Shown: positions 15,100-24,818 of the stretch, piece by piece
Position numbering within the stretch: position 1 is the stretch's first letter
Layout of the letters: every line of letters begins with the position of its first letter
DNA from: a virus
Lineage: Duplodnaviria; Heunggongvirae; Uroviricota; Caudoviricetes
Strand: one strand, 5' to 3'
Length of the DNA: 39,715 bases
IMG/VR virus record: IMGVR_UViG_2541047728_000019
Notes under the pieces: model-generated
Database searches by the model: none
The model's input: only the letters and a program-made list of their open reading frames with translations
Told to the model about the DNA's origin: nothing
Translations under genes and position numbers: made by a program

Positions 15100-17816
15100 T
15101 ATTTAGATCCCCACGAAAAGTAATCTTTAAATTTGTCCATACGTTCGTTATGCAGGCGCTGATACTGCTCATCCAGAGCGCGATGCTTGTCTTTGAAGTT
15201 TCGTATAGCCTGTCCACGCATAATTTCTTCCTGCTCGTACTGCTCCCGTTCCTGCTGCATTTTCTTATAAGGTTCCCAATCTTCTAGTGATGGTTCCCAA
15301 CGCATAGGACGCCCATGTTTGTTATAAAACGGCTGGACCCGATCGATGCCATTTTCATCCTTAGTTCTTACCATAATGGCGTAATCACCATTACGAGGTG
15401 TTAACACGTCAGGGGTTATGAATAATTCTCCATTAATACGACTCTCAGGGGTTTTTGTCTCAACTACAGGAGCATTACCTGACGTGATCCCAAGCAACGT
15501 CGGACTGGTTGTTATAATCTCTTTGCGCTCACCGTACATCAGCCGTTCTTTTTCAGCTTTCCACTGCGCCGCCTGCCAGCCTGACGGCCCATATTGATAA
15601 AGCGCCTCCGGTGCATATTTCATAAACTGCGCTTCTCCGTTAACCTCGCTGATACTCCAGGTGCGGGCTATCTGCTGGTTGGTCATTTGCTTCGCTACGT
15701 CAGCGTTACCACCAGCAACGCGGTAGTTAATGTCATACAGCGTCTGATAGTCATTACGGAATCTAGCTGCTTCCGGCGTCTGGTCATCCGCAGACGGATC
15801 CCAACGGAACCACTGCGCCATATTGCTGACAGCAGAATTCATCGCCTTGCTGCGATTATTTTTGTACTCTTTTGAACTCTGCGTTGATGCCAATTGAGCT
15901 TTAAGAGCATCGGTCTGGTTGTACGTCAGGTTCTGCGCCTGCTCGATAGCCGCATCAGCAGACATGCCAGAATCTGTTAGTTGCTTAACAGTCAGATAAA
16001 AACCCTGCATATCCTTCGGCATATTTCCAATAGATGCATTGTCTGTTTCATATAACCGACTAAACAAATTCGCTGCATTTTTAACCACTTCCTGATTGCT
16101 GGATCTGGATACTGCTGAAAGCTGCGTGATGACCTGCGAAGGCATGATGCCAGTCTGAGCCACAAGCCGAACAACCCCATCATGAGTGGAGGCATCATTA
16201 ATACGAAAGTTCTGCGCCATTTCTGTGTAATCAGCAGCTTTCTGCATTGATTTGTTGCTTGGGTCTAATTTTTCACCTATTGTCAGCGCCTCATTGAATC
16301 TGCGTGAATCACGTTGCGCCTGAATTGCTTCATTTGATCGCTGAAGCAATGCAGACAATTTTCCGTAAGCATCGAGTTTTAACGCATAGTGAGGATCGTT
16401 AACCTCAGGCTTCACTTTCTGCATTTCTTCTTGCTGCTGAGAAGGAGGTAAATACTGAATTGCCTGGAATATTCTCGCGTTATCAATCGCTATATCCAGT
16501 TGATTGATTATTTTATCTGCATTTTTTCCATACCCCCTGATGATAGTCTCCTGAGCCGGTATATAATCTGGAACCTCACCGTTATATAGCTGGGCCATGG
16601 TGTTATTAATAGCTGGCTCAAGCTGTTCTAATATTAACTTCCTTTGCTTTTCTATCTGACTATTAGCAAGGTTATCTATTTGATAAATAGTCAGCGGATC
16701 CATTCCAGTTTTATTTTTTCTATATCGGGAAAGCCACCCTTGTGTTTCTGATGGAAGATTTCGGATAAATTCTTCTTCTGATATTTCACCTTTACGTGGA
16801 TCACCGACTTTGGCGATCAGTTTATCCACGTTACCCATCCCCCAGTTATATGCTGCTCCGGTCAATATTTCGGAGCCGTACTTACCATACAGTTGATTTA
16901 CATAGTCACTGGCGAGCATTTCATGCTGTTGTTCGTCCGTAGGGTTGTATTTAACGCCACGCTTGGCCGCCAGTTCTTTCCCTGTGCCCGGCATTAACTG
17001 GTATTTCCCCTGGGCTCTCTCTCCAGAAGATGTTATCGGTCCTTCAAGAAGACTACCATCAGGATTAAAATGTCGATCACCTGATTCAACAAGGCGTATG
17101 GCACGCATGTCCATGCCTCCAGAATCATTTTTCTGAAACAGACCATTTAGCCATCCTTCTGGATTGGCAGCGGCATAATTCTTCGCCCGCATTTCTGTGG
17201 CACGGCGATCATCACTTTCTATTTCTTCCAGAATGCGTTCTTGTGACCATCCCCTGGCAGCTCCATATCTAGCAATGGCTACCATTCTGGAATTTCTGGC
17301 TAAAGTGGCAGTTTGCGGGTCATTCCAGGCATCCGCTTCATTTTGTATCCATAATTTTCTCGTTGCCTGATATTGCTCATCTTCATAGGCATTTGTCTGC
17401 CCTATCTCATGTCTGAGAACTCCAGTACTGAACTGAATTTTCTGTGTTCTGGCTTGTTGCAAAAACATATTTCTTGCTGCTTCATCAGTCAATGAAGCAG
17501 CTATTTCTTCCACATCCTGATCAAATCCAGATATGTACTCTTGCCCCTTACCAATCGCATTTTTGCCTTGTTGTGCATAAAAACCGGTTTGAGGGTTATA
17601 AAGACGTTCATTGCTGCGCTGATTAAGCTGAAGGATGGCATCCTGAGACAATGCAACATTCGCTTTCTGCCTGGCTTCACCATATGCCACCGCATACTGA
17701 TCTGCGACATTCGCCAGCACCTGACCTGCTTGAGGAACATCGAAGATCTGAAAACCACCGGTTTGCACACCACGACTTTGCACCTGGCGTCCGGATGTAG
17801 TAGGAACAACAGGCAT
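15099..17816 (-). CDS. Internal virion protein with soluble lytic transglycosylase domain
   Basis: 905 aa; SLT-like segment with ES..GDRHF...GKYQLMPGT and AAYNWGMGNV. Confidence 0.85.
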   Translation of the reverse strand: MPVVPTTSGRQVQSRGVQTGGFQIFDVPQAGQVLANVADQYAVAYGEARQKANVALSQDAILQLNQRSNERLYNPQTGFYAQQGKNAIGKGQEYISGFDQDVEEIAASLTDEAARNMFLQQARTQKIQFSTGVLRHEIGQTNAYEDEQYQATRKLWIQNEADAWNDPQTATLARNSRMVAIARYGAARGWSQERILEEIESDDRRATEMRAKNYAAANPEGWLNGLFQKNDSGGMDMRAIRLVESGDRHFNPDGSLLEGPITSSGERAQGKYQLMPGTGKELAAKRGVKYNPTDEQQHEMLASDYVNQLYGKYGSEILTGAAYNWGMGNVDKLIAKVGDPRKGEISEEEFIRNLPSETQGWLSRYRKNKTGMDPLTIYQIDNLANSQIEKQRKLILEQLEPAINNTMAQLYNGEVPDYIPAQETIIRGYGKNADKIINQLDIAIDNARIFQAIQYLPPSQQQEEMQKVKPEVNDPHYALKLDAYGKLSALLQRSNEAIQAQRDSRRFNEALTIGEKLDPSNKSMQKAADYTEMAQNFRINDASTHDGVVRLVAQTGIMPSQVITQLSAVSRSSNQEVVKNAANLFSRLYETDNASIGNMPKDMQGFYLTVKQLTDSGMSADAAIEQAQNLTYNQTDALKAQLASTQSSKEYKNNRSKAMNSAVSNMAQWFRWDPSADDQTPEAARFRNDYQTLYDINYRVAGGNADVAKQMTNQQIARTWSISEVNGEAQFMKYAPEALYQYGPSGWQAAQWKAEKERLMYGERKEIITTSPTLLGITSGNAPVVETKTPESRINGELFITPDVLTPRNGDYAIMVRTKDENGIDRVQPFYNKHGRPMRWEPSLEDWEPYKKMQQEREQYEQEEIMRGQAIRNFKDKHRALDEQYQRLHNERMDKFKDYFSWGSK

Positions 17817-18391
17817 CAGTAACCTCCTATTTTGAATCGGGAGTCAGAATTCATAAAACCTGAGTTAGATAACATTGGCGTCCCACCACTAGATGTACTT
17901 CCTTTAGAGAACGGACTCCACGTCCCACCAAACATCTGGTACGCACCGTATGCCTTCAGAGGCGCAGTGAGCAATGTTGTTGCTGCTCCCACATTCCCCT
18001 GTTTACGGGCTGAACTGGCTTCTGCTTTATAGTTGGCAGCCTGAACCTGATAACCGTAAGCCTCGCGTTGCGCGTTATTCACCGTCGTCAGCGAATCAAG
18101 AGCGCCAAACTGAGCAGTGTCACCAAATATATCCAGCGCGTTACCTGTAGATAAATCGGCGCCGGTCGCCCCCATTGTCGCCGCCTGTGTACCAAGCCGC
18201 TGTCGGGTCTCTCTGCGCCGTTGCTCAGCTTCAGCGTTACCCCTGTTTATTGCATCATTTGCCTGAGCTGTGGCTATATCTGCGTTCGCTTCTGCAACCT
18301 TCGAGGCATACCTTCCCTGTTGGTACTGGGTGTATGCCTGAATGCCACTCATGGCGAGCATTGCGCCACCAGCAATAACCGGATCGCACAT
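17816..18391 (-). CDS. Internal virion protein (T7 gp14-like by position and composition)
   Basis: 191 aa Ala/Gln/Gly-rich, overlapping neighbours. Confidence 0.6.
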   Translation of the reverse strand: MCDPVIAGGAMLAMSGIQAYTQYQQGRYASKVAEANADIATAQANDAINRGNAEAEQRRRETRQRLGTQAATMGATGADLSTGNALDIFGDTAQFGALDSLTTVNNAQREAYGYQVQAANYKAEASSARKQGNVGAATTLLTAPLKAYGAYQMFGGTWSPFSKGSTSSGGTPMLSNSGFMNSDSRFKIGGY

Positions 18392-18855
18392 TATTTTCTC
18401 TCCATGTGAAATCTGTGGAAATTAAGACCAAGAGCACCATAAGGCGCGGCTTCTTCAAGCCTGAATCCAAGCCAGTGCAGCCATGCTTTGGCAACATGGT
18501 TTCGCTCGTCGACGTAGTTTTCCAGGCGCGGATAAACTGCCAGCATCTGCTGCAATACAGGGCGGCAGTGGCGAAGAAATGTCTTCTGATATTTTTCAAT
18601 ACGGCTGGTTCCGACCAGCCAGGGCGTACCATTGCCACCGATCATTGACGCCGGAGATACGCCAAACATGGTTACCAGTTCTCCGTTCGCAAATCCTGAC
18701 CAGGCCATAGTCGCAGTACGCAGACCAACACGCAGCGCATCTTCGGTAGTCATCAGTGATACCGCATACAGTTCGTCAATATCAGCCTGACGAACATCCG
18801 GCAAAATCATCTGAAGATGCTCTTCGGTTGCGGGAATAATTTGAACATCAATCAT
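18391..18855 (-). CDS. Small internal virion protein (T7 gp13-like by position)
   Basis: 154 aa between tubular-B-like and gp14-like genes. Confidence 0.5.
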   Translation of the reverse strand: MIDVQIIPATEEHLQMILPDVRQADIDELYAVSLMTTEDALRVGLRTATMAWSGFANGELVTMFGVSPASMIGGNGTPWLVGTSRIEKYQKTFLRHCRPVLQQMLAVYPRLENYVDERNHVAKAWLHWLGFRLEEAAPYGALGLNFHRFHMERK

Positions 18856-21326
18856 CAGAATCCCCCAACAGTAAGGCGAGGAATAACGGCAAGAACAGAC
18901 AGCGGCAACGGGTCAAGCTGACGGATTTTTACACGTCCGTTTTTGCCCCAGTTACTGTCCAGTTTCACTTCTACTTTTCCGGTAGCATCATCAACAGGAT
19001 CATCGTAGAACTCGAATTCACGCTGTGGATATTCGTACCATTTACCGCCAGGCGTAGTCGCCCAGATGCCGCGGCTGGCATTCACAACCAGAGTAACGGA
19101 GGGGATCACCTGTTTTTTGTCCAGCAGCGTTTCCTGTCCGTTAATGTTGATATCCAGTGTTTCGAATTCAGCAGTTATTGGCAGGCCGATGTGCACTACA
19201 GCCCCCGGAGATTCCAGTGTGACGGCACCTCCGGAAACAACTTTCTGTGGCTCAACATTCGCATCAGAAAGAATGTTTACGGTCTGTCCTTCAAGATGAG
19301 ACAGGCCTCCAAATGTCCGGCGCGCCATCTGCCAGTTCGTGGTGGCCGTATTCCTGAGGGATGGCGGGACGTTCCTGTTGGCACGAACCACTACAGCGGT
19401 ATTGCTGGTTACAGAAATAATGTCGCAACGTAATTCTTTTGACACTTCATCGCCAGTATCAGGATCAGTTCCGGTATAAGGGAACTGTAGTTGCGCACCG
19501 ACATCACTACTGGTGAAGTACGCACCACCAGAAACACTGATTGTATATTCCGCGCGGTAATCCCATTCGCCAGAACCACCAGTGATTGTCATCGTTCTGT
19601 CAGACGTATTTCTTCCATCATAGCTAAGGCCAGAATCAACAAAGAAAGCATCTTCATCGCTGGTAAATAAACGGCTGGACAGTCGCTCGATGTATCTCAC
19701 TGTTTGCCCGTTAACGGTTCGGTTAATGACGAAATACACCGCATCTTCATTGCCTTCGCTGATACTGCATGTGCTTTCATATTTTCCGGTACTGGACTGT
19801 GGTGCCCATGCAAAAACCTGTTGATCACGCAAATAGGTCATCACCAGTAATTTACCGTCATCACGAATGCAGAAGGCGCTGGAGTAAGGGACAATAGAGA
19901 AGCACCAGTCAACAATGCTGTGCTTCTGAAAAAGATGATTGGCAAGGATAGTAAGGTCGTTCCCCTGATAGCCGTCAACATCGAATGAGTAGGCCAGATC
20001 ACGGACAACACTGCCTTTCTCCTGGACGAACAGAGCAATATTCGCCACGGCAATTGGTGGGACATTGCTCGAGCCATTTGATCCCTGAGAGCTGAATGCA
20101 AATGATGATGGGGTTAACACTTTGTTCTGGTCGCCGGTGATGACGTACTCACCTCCGGAAGTCAGTGCCACCAGCGAACCGACATCAATCAGGTGGCGGA
20201 TCTCATTAACCTGACGCCCGGCATAGGTGTAGATAATTCTGTCGTCATCCTGCGTAGGATTGCTTTTGCCAAAATCCTTATAATCCCCGGTACGGCTGGC
20301 CCAGATAGTCTGAGGGAACGCAGTCGATGCGGCGAAGTAAAGACGTTGTTGATAATAAACAACAGTGCCAGGATAACCATTAACACTGTTCCAGGCATAT
20401 TTAGCCCATTTATAGCTGGCATTATCCTCGCCAACTACCTGCGAAGGGATATAGGAAATCACCTCGGCAGTTGCAGTAGTTCCATTTGCAGCAGTGATAC
20501 GGGCAATGCCAAAACCACTGTGCAGATATTCCCACTCAATGCCAGTATCATCATCACCGGATCCGCCCCAGCCATCCCATGATGTGCCTTCTGTATGCGA
20601 AGGGCGCAAAGTACCTGTTTTGCCTGCTGTAACGGCGCGATAGTAGTTACTGTCTGCACGGCGAATATCGCCAATCGACGTACTCTTACTGGTTTCCCAT
20701 ACCGGCACTGAATCCACTGCAGGCTGTTCCAGATAGAACAATTTGCCTACCTGCTCCGCGCCAAAAATAGAGGCGCTTGCCGTTAACGTAATTGTCCCGG
20801 TGCTGGCGCTGGCATAAACCGTCACTGACTCGTCAATATTGATATCTTCAAATGGCCCGTTCTTCGTTACCACATCAACCAGTTGCCAGTTGTCATGCGC
20901 ATAGCGACGCAACTCTTTCGGCGGGTATGCCGGATGAACCAGCGTAAGCACGTCGGCGCTTTGCGTGAATTTAATTCGGAACAGATCGGCTTCAGTATAT
21001 GGCGTGGCAATTTCATAAATAACATTGCTGCTGTTCAGCACCAACGCACCATCTTTGATAACGCGCATGTACTGGTGTCCGAACTCCAGAGCATAAGTCT
21101 GAACCGTCGAGAACTGGAACGGGATCAGGCGGCATTTCCGATTTGGGTATTTGGCGGCACCGACAAAACGCGTACCAGGTCGATTCTCAACGCCGCCATA
21201 CTGCCGCACGATAAAGTTATCGCACTTGCGCAATGCCACCTGGTACTTCGCCATGTCGATACGACCGTACAACGACGGTCCAATCTCACCACCGGCAAAG
21301 CTGGGCTGGATCCAACTGATAGCCAT
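18855..21326 (-). CDS. Tail tubular protein B-like (nozzle)
   Basis: 823 aa immediately after tubular-A-like gene, as in T7. Confidence 0.7.
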   Translation of the reverse strand: MAISWIQPSFAGGEIGPSLYGRIDMAKYQVALRKCDNFIVRQYGGVENRPGTRFVGAAKYPNRKCRLIPFQFSTVQTYALEFGHQYMRVIKDGALVLNSSNVIYEIATPYTEADLFRIKFTQSADVLTLVHPAYPPKELRRYAHDNWQLVDVVTKNGPFEDINIDESVTVYASASTGTITLTASASIFGAEQVGKLFYLEQPAVDSVPVWETSKSTSIGDIRRADSNYYRAVTAGKTGTLRPSHTEGTSWDGWGGSGDDDTGIEWEYLHSGFGIARITAANGTTATAEVISYIPSQVVGEDNASYKWAKYAWNSVNGYPGTVVYYQQRLYFAASTAFPQTIWASRTGDYKDFGKSNPTQDDDRIIYTYAGRQVNEIRHLIDVGSLVALTSGGEYVITGDQNKVLTPSSFAFSSQGSNGSSNVPPIAVANIALFVQEKGSVVRDLAYSFDVDGYQGNDLTILANHLFQKHSIVDWCFSIVPYSSAFCIRDDGKLLVMTYLRDQQVFAWAPQSSTGKYESTCSISEGNEDAVYFVINRTVNGQTVRYIERLSSRLFTSDEDAFFVDSGLSYDGRNTSDRTMTITGGSGEWDYRAEYTISVSGGAYFTSSDVGAQLQFPYTGTDPDTGDEVSKELRCDIISVTSNTAVVVRANRNVPPSLRNTATTNWQMARRTFGGLSHLEGQTVNILSDANVEPQKVVSGGAVTLESPGAVVHIGLPITAEFETLDININGQETLLDKKQVIPSVTLVVNASRGIWATTPGGKWYEYPQREFEFYDDPVDDATGKVEVKLDSNWGKNGRVKIRQLDPLPLSVLAVIPRLTVGGF

Positions 21327-21931
21327 CAGGACAACCTCGCAATGGTAAACTCGTCAACCGGTGGCTGTGGTTCCTGTGATTCATTCTGGCTATGCGAGCC
21401 AGCACTAAGAATCACGCGATTGTACATATTGAGGGCAAACGTACCGAGGTCTGCATTCCCAGTAAGCGCCATGTTAATAGCTGCCGCAAGACGCCAGGCC
21501 AGCGCCTCCATAAAAATGGCATCAAACATGTTCACATCTGTAACGCGAGAGACATACTTGAGCCATGCCTGCGGCTGGTCTGTGTAGATCAACTTTCCTG
21601 TTCCGTTGGTGTCTGCACCAACTTCGTACTGAACGCGCATTGCTGCTGTTGGATTGCGTACACCAGGAAGCATAATTTCAGTAATGCGCAGACAATCGGA
21701 CGGGTACTGGTACGCATATTCCCAGTCAGGCGGTGGATTGCTCGTATCTGCAAGCGCCACGCGTTTGGTAGCAAAGTTCCAGTCAAAATCAGAAAGCACA
21801 GCATCACGGCAGGCCTCAAAGTGCAGCGAACATTCCCCCGCTTCCTTGCTGGCTTCCGTCAGGCTGTTAATACTGCGGCTGTTGCCAATATTGGACAGCG
21901 CACGATTGCAGATCTCTACTACAGAGGCCAT
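21326..21931 (-). CDS. Tail tubular protein A-like (adaptor)
   Basis: 201 aa; N-terminal pattern (N..L..IG......SL.E) and size resemble T7 gp11. Confidence 0.65.
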   Translation of the reverse strand: MASVVEICNRALSNIGNSRSINSLTEASKEAGECSLHFEACRDAVLSDFDWNFATKRVALADTSNPPPDWEYAYQYPSDCLRITEIMLPGVRNPTAAMRVQYEVGADTNGTGKLIYTDQPQAWLKYVSRVTDVNMFDAIFMEALAWRLAAAINMALTGNADLGTFALNMYNRVILSAGSHSQNESQEPQPPVDEFTIARLS

Positions 21932-21987
21932 AAGTTTCTATACTCCTGCAATAAAGGGGCCGAAGCCCCTTGTCTGATTCGCGAGGC

Positions 21988-22332
21988 TTACACGCCAAGT
22001 TCTTTACGCTTATCTGCGATCTTCTCGCGTAGCGTTTCGGCTTTGGCGTTATGGTGTGGCTTCTCGTTAAAGAGCAATTCGTACTCTTCACGGAGCTTAT
22101 CCAGTTCACCATCATCTGACACATCGTTGATGATTTTGGTGCTGGTTGCTGCCATTGACACCTTTCCTGCAACTTTTGCTTTTGCCTGTCTGGCTGCATC
22201 GTTAACAGGTTCCAGTGCGCTACCAGGCTCACCTTCGTATTCGATTTCTGCCCCCTCCGGCCACAGAGTGTTATGGATATGAGAGAGGCGCAGAACGCGG
22301 TATCTTGGTTTCTCACCTGACATCGATATCAC
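21988..22332 (-). CDS. Hypothetical head-associated protein
   Basis: 114 aa in the structural block. Confidence 0.5.
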   Translation of the reverse strand: MISMSGEKPRYRVLRLSHIHNTLWPEGAEIEYEGEPGSALEPVNDAARQAKAKVAGKVSMAATSTKIINDVSDDGELDKLREEYELLFNEKPHHNAKAETLREKIADKRKELGV

Positions 22333-22333
22333 C

Positions 22334-22771
22334 TTAACCAGTTACTTTTGAGCGGATCGGGTACGGCGTATTGGCATCAACATCCAGACTGATACCCGCA
22401 GTGAATTTGCCAGCCGTTAGTGGGCCAGTTGCGACGGAGTAGTTAACACGCAGATATCGCTGAACACCGGCAGGCACCTTTGCAGAAACAACTCGTTTAC
22501 CTGCTGTCAGGGCGGTCTTTGCCAGTGCGCCACTATCATAAATAGTGGTCCATGAGCTGTTATTCTCACTCGTCTGCAACTGGATGTTTACAGTTGCATC
22601 ACCGCTTGCCGCGGCGGCTGCGTTAACCAGCGCCCAAAACTCAAGCGGGTAACCCACGCCGATATCACGACGTTTTCCGTCAATTGGACCGAGATCGATT
22701 ACGTCAGTAGAAGCCGCGGTATTCGTAACCGCCTGAGCTTCGGAGAACATCAACAGTTTGTCGGTGATCAT
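22334..22771 (-). CDS. Hypothetical virion protein (possible capsid decoration protein)
   Basis: 145 aa Ala/Thr/Gly-rich, directly downstream of major capsid gene. Confidence 0.5.
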   Translation of the reverse strand: MITDKLLMFSEAQAVTNTAASTDVIDLGPIDGKRRDIGVGYPLEFWALVNAAAAASGDATVNIQLQTSENNSSWTTIYDSGALAKTALTAGKRVVSAKVPAGVQRYLRVNYSVATGPLTAGKFTAGISLDVDANTPYPIRSKVTG

Positions 22772-22822
22772 CTTCTTTCTCCATTAGTGGGTCTGTTACG
22801 ACCCACAGGTTAATAACAGGCG

Positions 22823-23815
22823 TTACACCACGCGGGCTTCTGTTTCCAGAAGCGCATCAGTTTCACGGATTGGTACACCACGGAATGAAGTCCACCACTC
22901 GCCTTCAGTCTCTTTTACGCTGATAGCCAGAGATGTTTTCTCCAGAGATTGCAGATCAAGAGCCTGGCCTACAGTGCGGTTCATGTAGAACACCGGGCGG
23001 CCCATGCCACGGTTTGGAATGCGATGCAGTGCCTTAACCATCAACTTGGCAATATTTGCGGCAGAGGATGGTTCTGAAAGATTGCTGACATCGATGTTTG
23101 CAATGCGAACAACATAACGCCAGTCACGCAGAGCAAGTCCGTTGTCCCATTTGTAATGGGTGCGATAACCTTCGTACTTGCCGCCATTAGCATCTTCCAG
23201 TGTCACCTGGCCTTTATCTTCCATCTGGATGCCAGCCTTCTTCCCTTTCGGGAAGATGCCATGCACGGTGTTTTCGCCCCACACCACTAACCAGATTGAG
23301 GTGTTATCTGTACCCGTGCCACCAGCATCAATGATGTTCTGAGCATTACCCGCAGACAGGCTGGAATAGCGGGAGGACAGTCCCATAAACTGCTGAGGGT
23401 TAACGCTGGAATCACCATAAAACAGCGTCTGCGCCATCTGCTGATTCATCGCTTCAATAAATGCGCGGTCTTCAGACAGGCGGAATTCAGCGGTATTGCC
23501 GTTCAGATCAGCCAGTGACTTATCGACTTCAGCATAGGTTTCCAGCATGCCAACGGAATCGGTTACCTGCACTGTGGTTGATTTGCTTGGCTGTACGCCA
23601 TAGTTCAGCAAACGCCAGGTAGCTGAAGGTAAACCAGAACGAATGGTGGTTCGGTGTCCGGTAGGAAGGTTCCCTTCGACAAAGGGCATATCCTGAAGGA
23701 TCGGGTTAGTTTGACCGAGAAGCTCGATAATCTTATCGACTTTCCCGTTTGGATCGACGCGCTTACCCCAGTCAGCCAGCGTTAGCGCAGTTAAGCCTTT
23801 AACAGCCATTGTCAT
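22823..23815 (-). CDS. Major capsid protein
   Basis: 330 aa following scaffold gene; size and order match podovirus coat proteins. Confidence 0.85.
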   Translation of the reverse strand: MTMAVKGLTALTLADWGKRVDPNGKVDKIIELLGQTNPILQDMPFVEGNLPTGHRTTIRSGLPSATWRLLNYGVQPSKSTTVQVTDSVGMLETYAEVDKSLADLNGNTAEFRLSEDRAFIEAMNQQMAQTLFYGDSSVNPQQFMGLSSRYSSLSAGNAQNIIDAGGTGTDNTSIWLVVWGENTVHGIFPKGKKAGIQMEDKGQVTLEDANGGKYEGYRTHYKWDNGLALRDWRYVVRIANIDVSNLSEPSSAANIAKLMVKALHRIPNRGMGRPVFYMNRTVGQALDLQSLEKTSLAISVKETEGEWWTSFRGVPIRETDALLETEARVV

Positions 23816-23823
23816 TTCCTCTC

Positions 23824-24525
23824 TTATTTGCCATAGAGCACTTCGGCCGCACTACGCTGGCCTTCATTACCACCGGTGACCATGCCATCTTCAGACATCG
23901 CCTTTCCGATTTTCACGAACGTTTTGACCAGATCAGGGTGATTACCCAGCCCGGTGGTGTTCAGATATTCTTTGAGTTCAGGTGTCCCGAACTGGTCAAG
24001 CGCACGCTGTGCGGCGCTAAGGTTAGAAATCAACTTGTCGCCACCGATTTCTTTGTCAGCTTTTACATCCGCAGCCCACTGCTCGGTTGTTTTCTGCCAG
24101 GCTTCTGCCTGGCGCTGCTGAACACCTGCCAGAATCTTCGGATAAGCATCAACCAGCTTTTGCGCTTGCTCGTTGGTCAGGTTAAGTTCTCGCGCCACCG
24201 GCTCGAATTCCTTCAACGCTTCTGTATCCAGCTCTACGCCTTCGGCAGCCTGAAATTCGTACTTCTCCGGCGCACCCTCTGGTTTATCGCCGTCTTTTTT
24301 TTCACCCTGCTTATCGTTTTCAGATTTTTTTTCATCATCAGGTTTATCGACATCAGCAACAGGTTGTGGCTTATCACCTTCCTGTTGTGATGGATCACCA
24401 ACTGGAGCAGGGTTATCACCTGTAGGCGCTGACGGTTCTGACGCAGCCGGAGCTGCTCCACCATCGACTGGTTGCTCATTGCAAAGACGGCGATACAGCA
24501 AACGCTCAAATAAATTCATGATCAC
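23824..24525 (-). CDS. Scaffolding protein
   Basis: 233 aa, acidic Pro/Glu/Lys-rich N-half and helical C-half; between portal and capsid. Confidence 0.7.
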   Translation of the reverse strand: MIMNLFERLLYRRLCNEQPVDGGAAPAASEPSAPTGDNPAPVGDPSQQEGDKPQPVADVDKPDDEKKSENDKQGEKKDGDKPEGAPEKYEFQAAEGVELDTEALKEFEPVARELNLTNEQAQKLVDAYPKILAGVQQRQAEAWQKTTEQWAADVKADKEIGGDKLISNLSAAQRALDQFGTPELKEYLNTTGLGNHPDLVKTFVKIGKAMSEDGMVTGGNEGQRSAAEVLYGK

Positions 24526-24818
24526 TCCTGTTCACTGGCCTCTTTGGCCATCTTCAAATACTGTTCAGGGCAATGCGCCATAACGCGCTGAAACAGTTCC
24601 AGCGCCAGATTGCGTTGCCCCTCATTAAATGCCATTGCCATAGCATCCATCGGAGAGATAGCGGAAAACACCCGGCCTTTCTCCAGCACCGACCAGACAA
24701 CGCGACGCCCCTGTTCACTGCTCATGACAAAGCGAATGTCATCAATTTCACGCTGCGCCATGTCACGTTGCTTACGGGCGTTTTCTTCTTTCAGTTGATC
24801 GTCTTCGTAATCTGTCAT
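24522..24818 (-). CDS. Hypothetical head-assembly protein
   Basis: 98 aa between portal and scaffold, overlapping both. Confidence 0.5.
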   Translation of the reverse strand: MTDYEDDQLKEENARKQRDMAQREIDDIRFVMSSEQGRRVVWSVLEKGRVFSAISPMDAMAMAFNEGQRNLALELFQRVMAHCPEQYLKMAKEASEQE

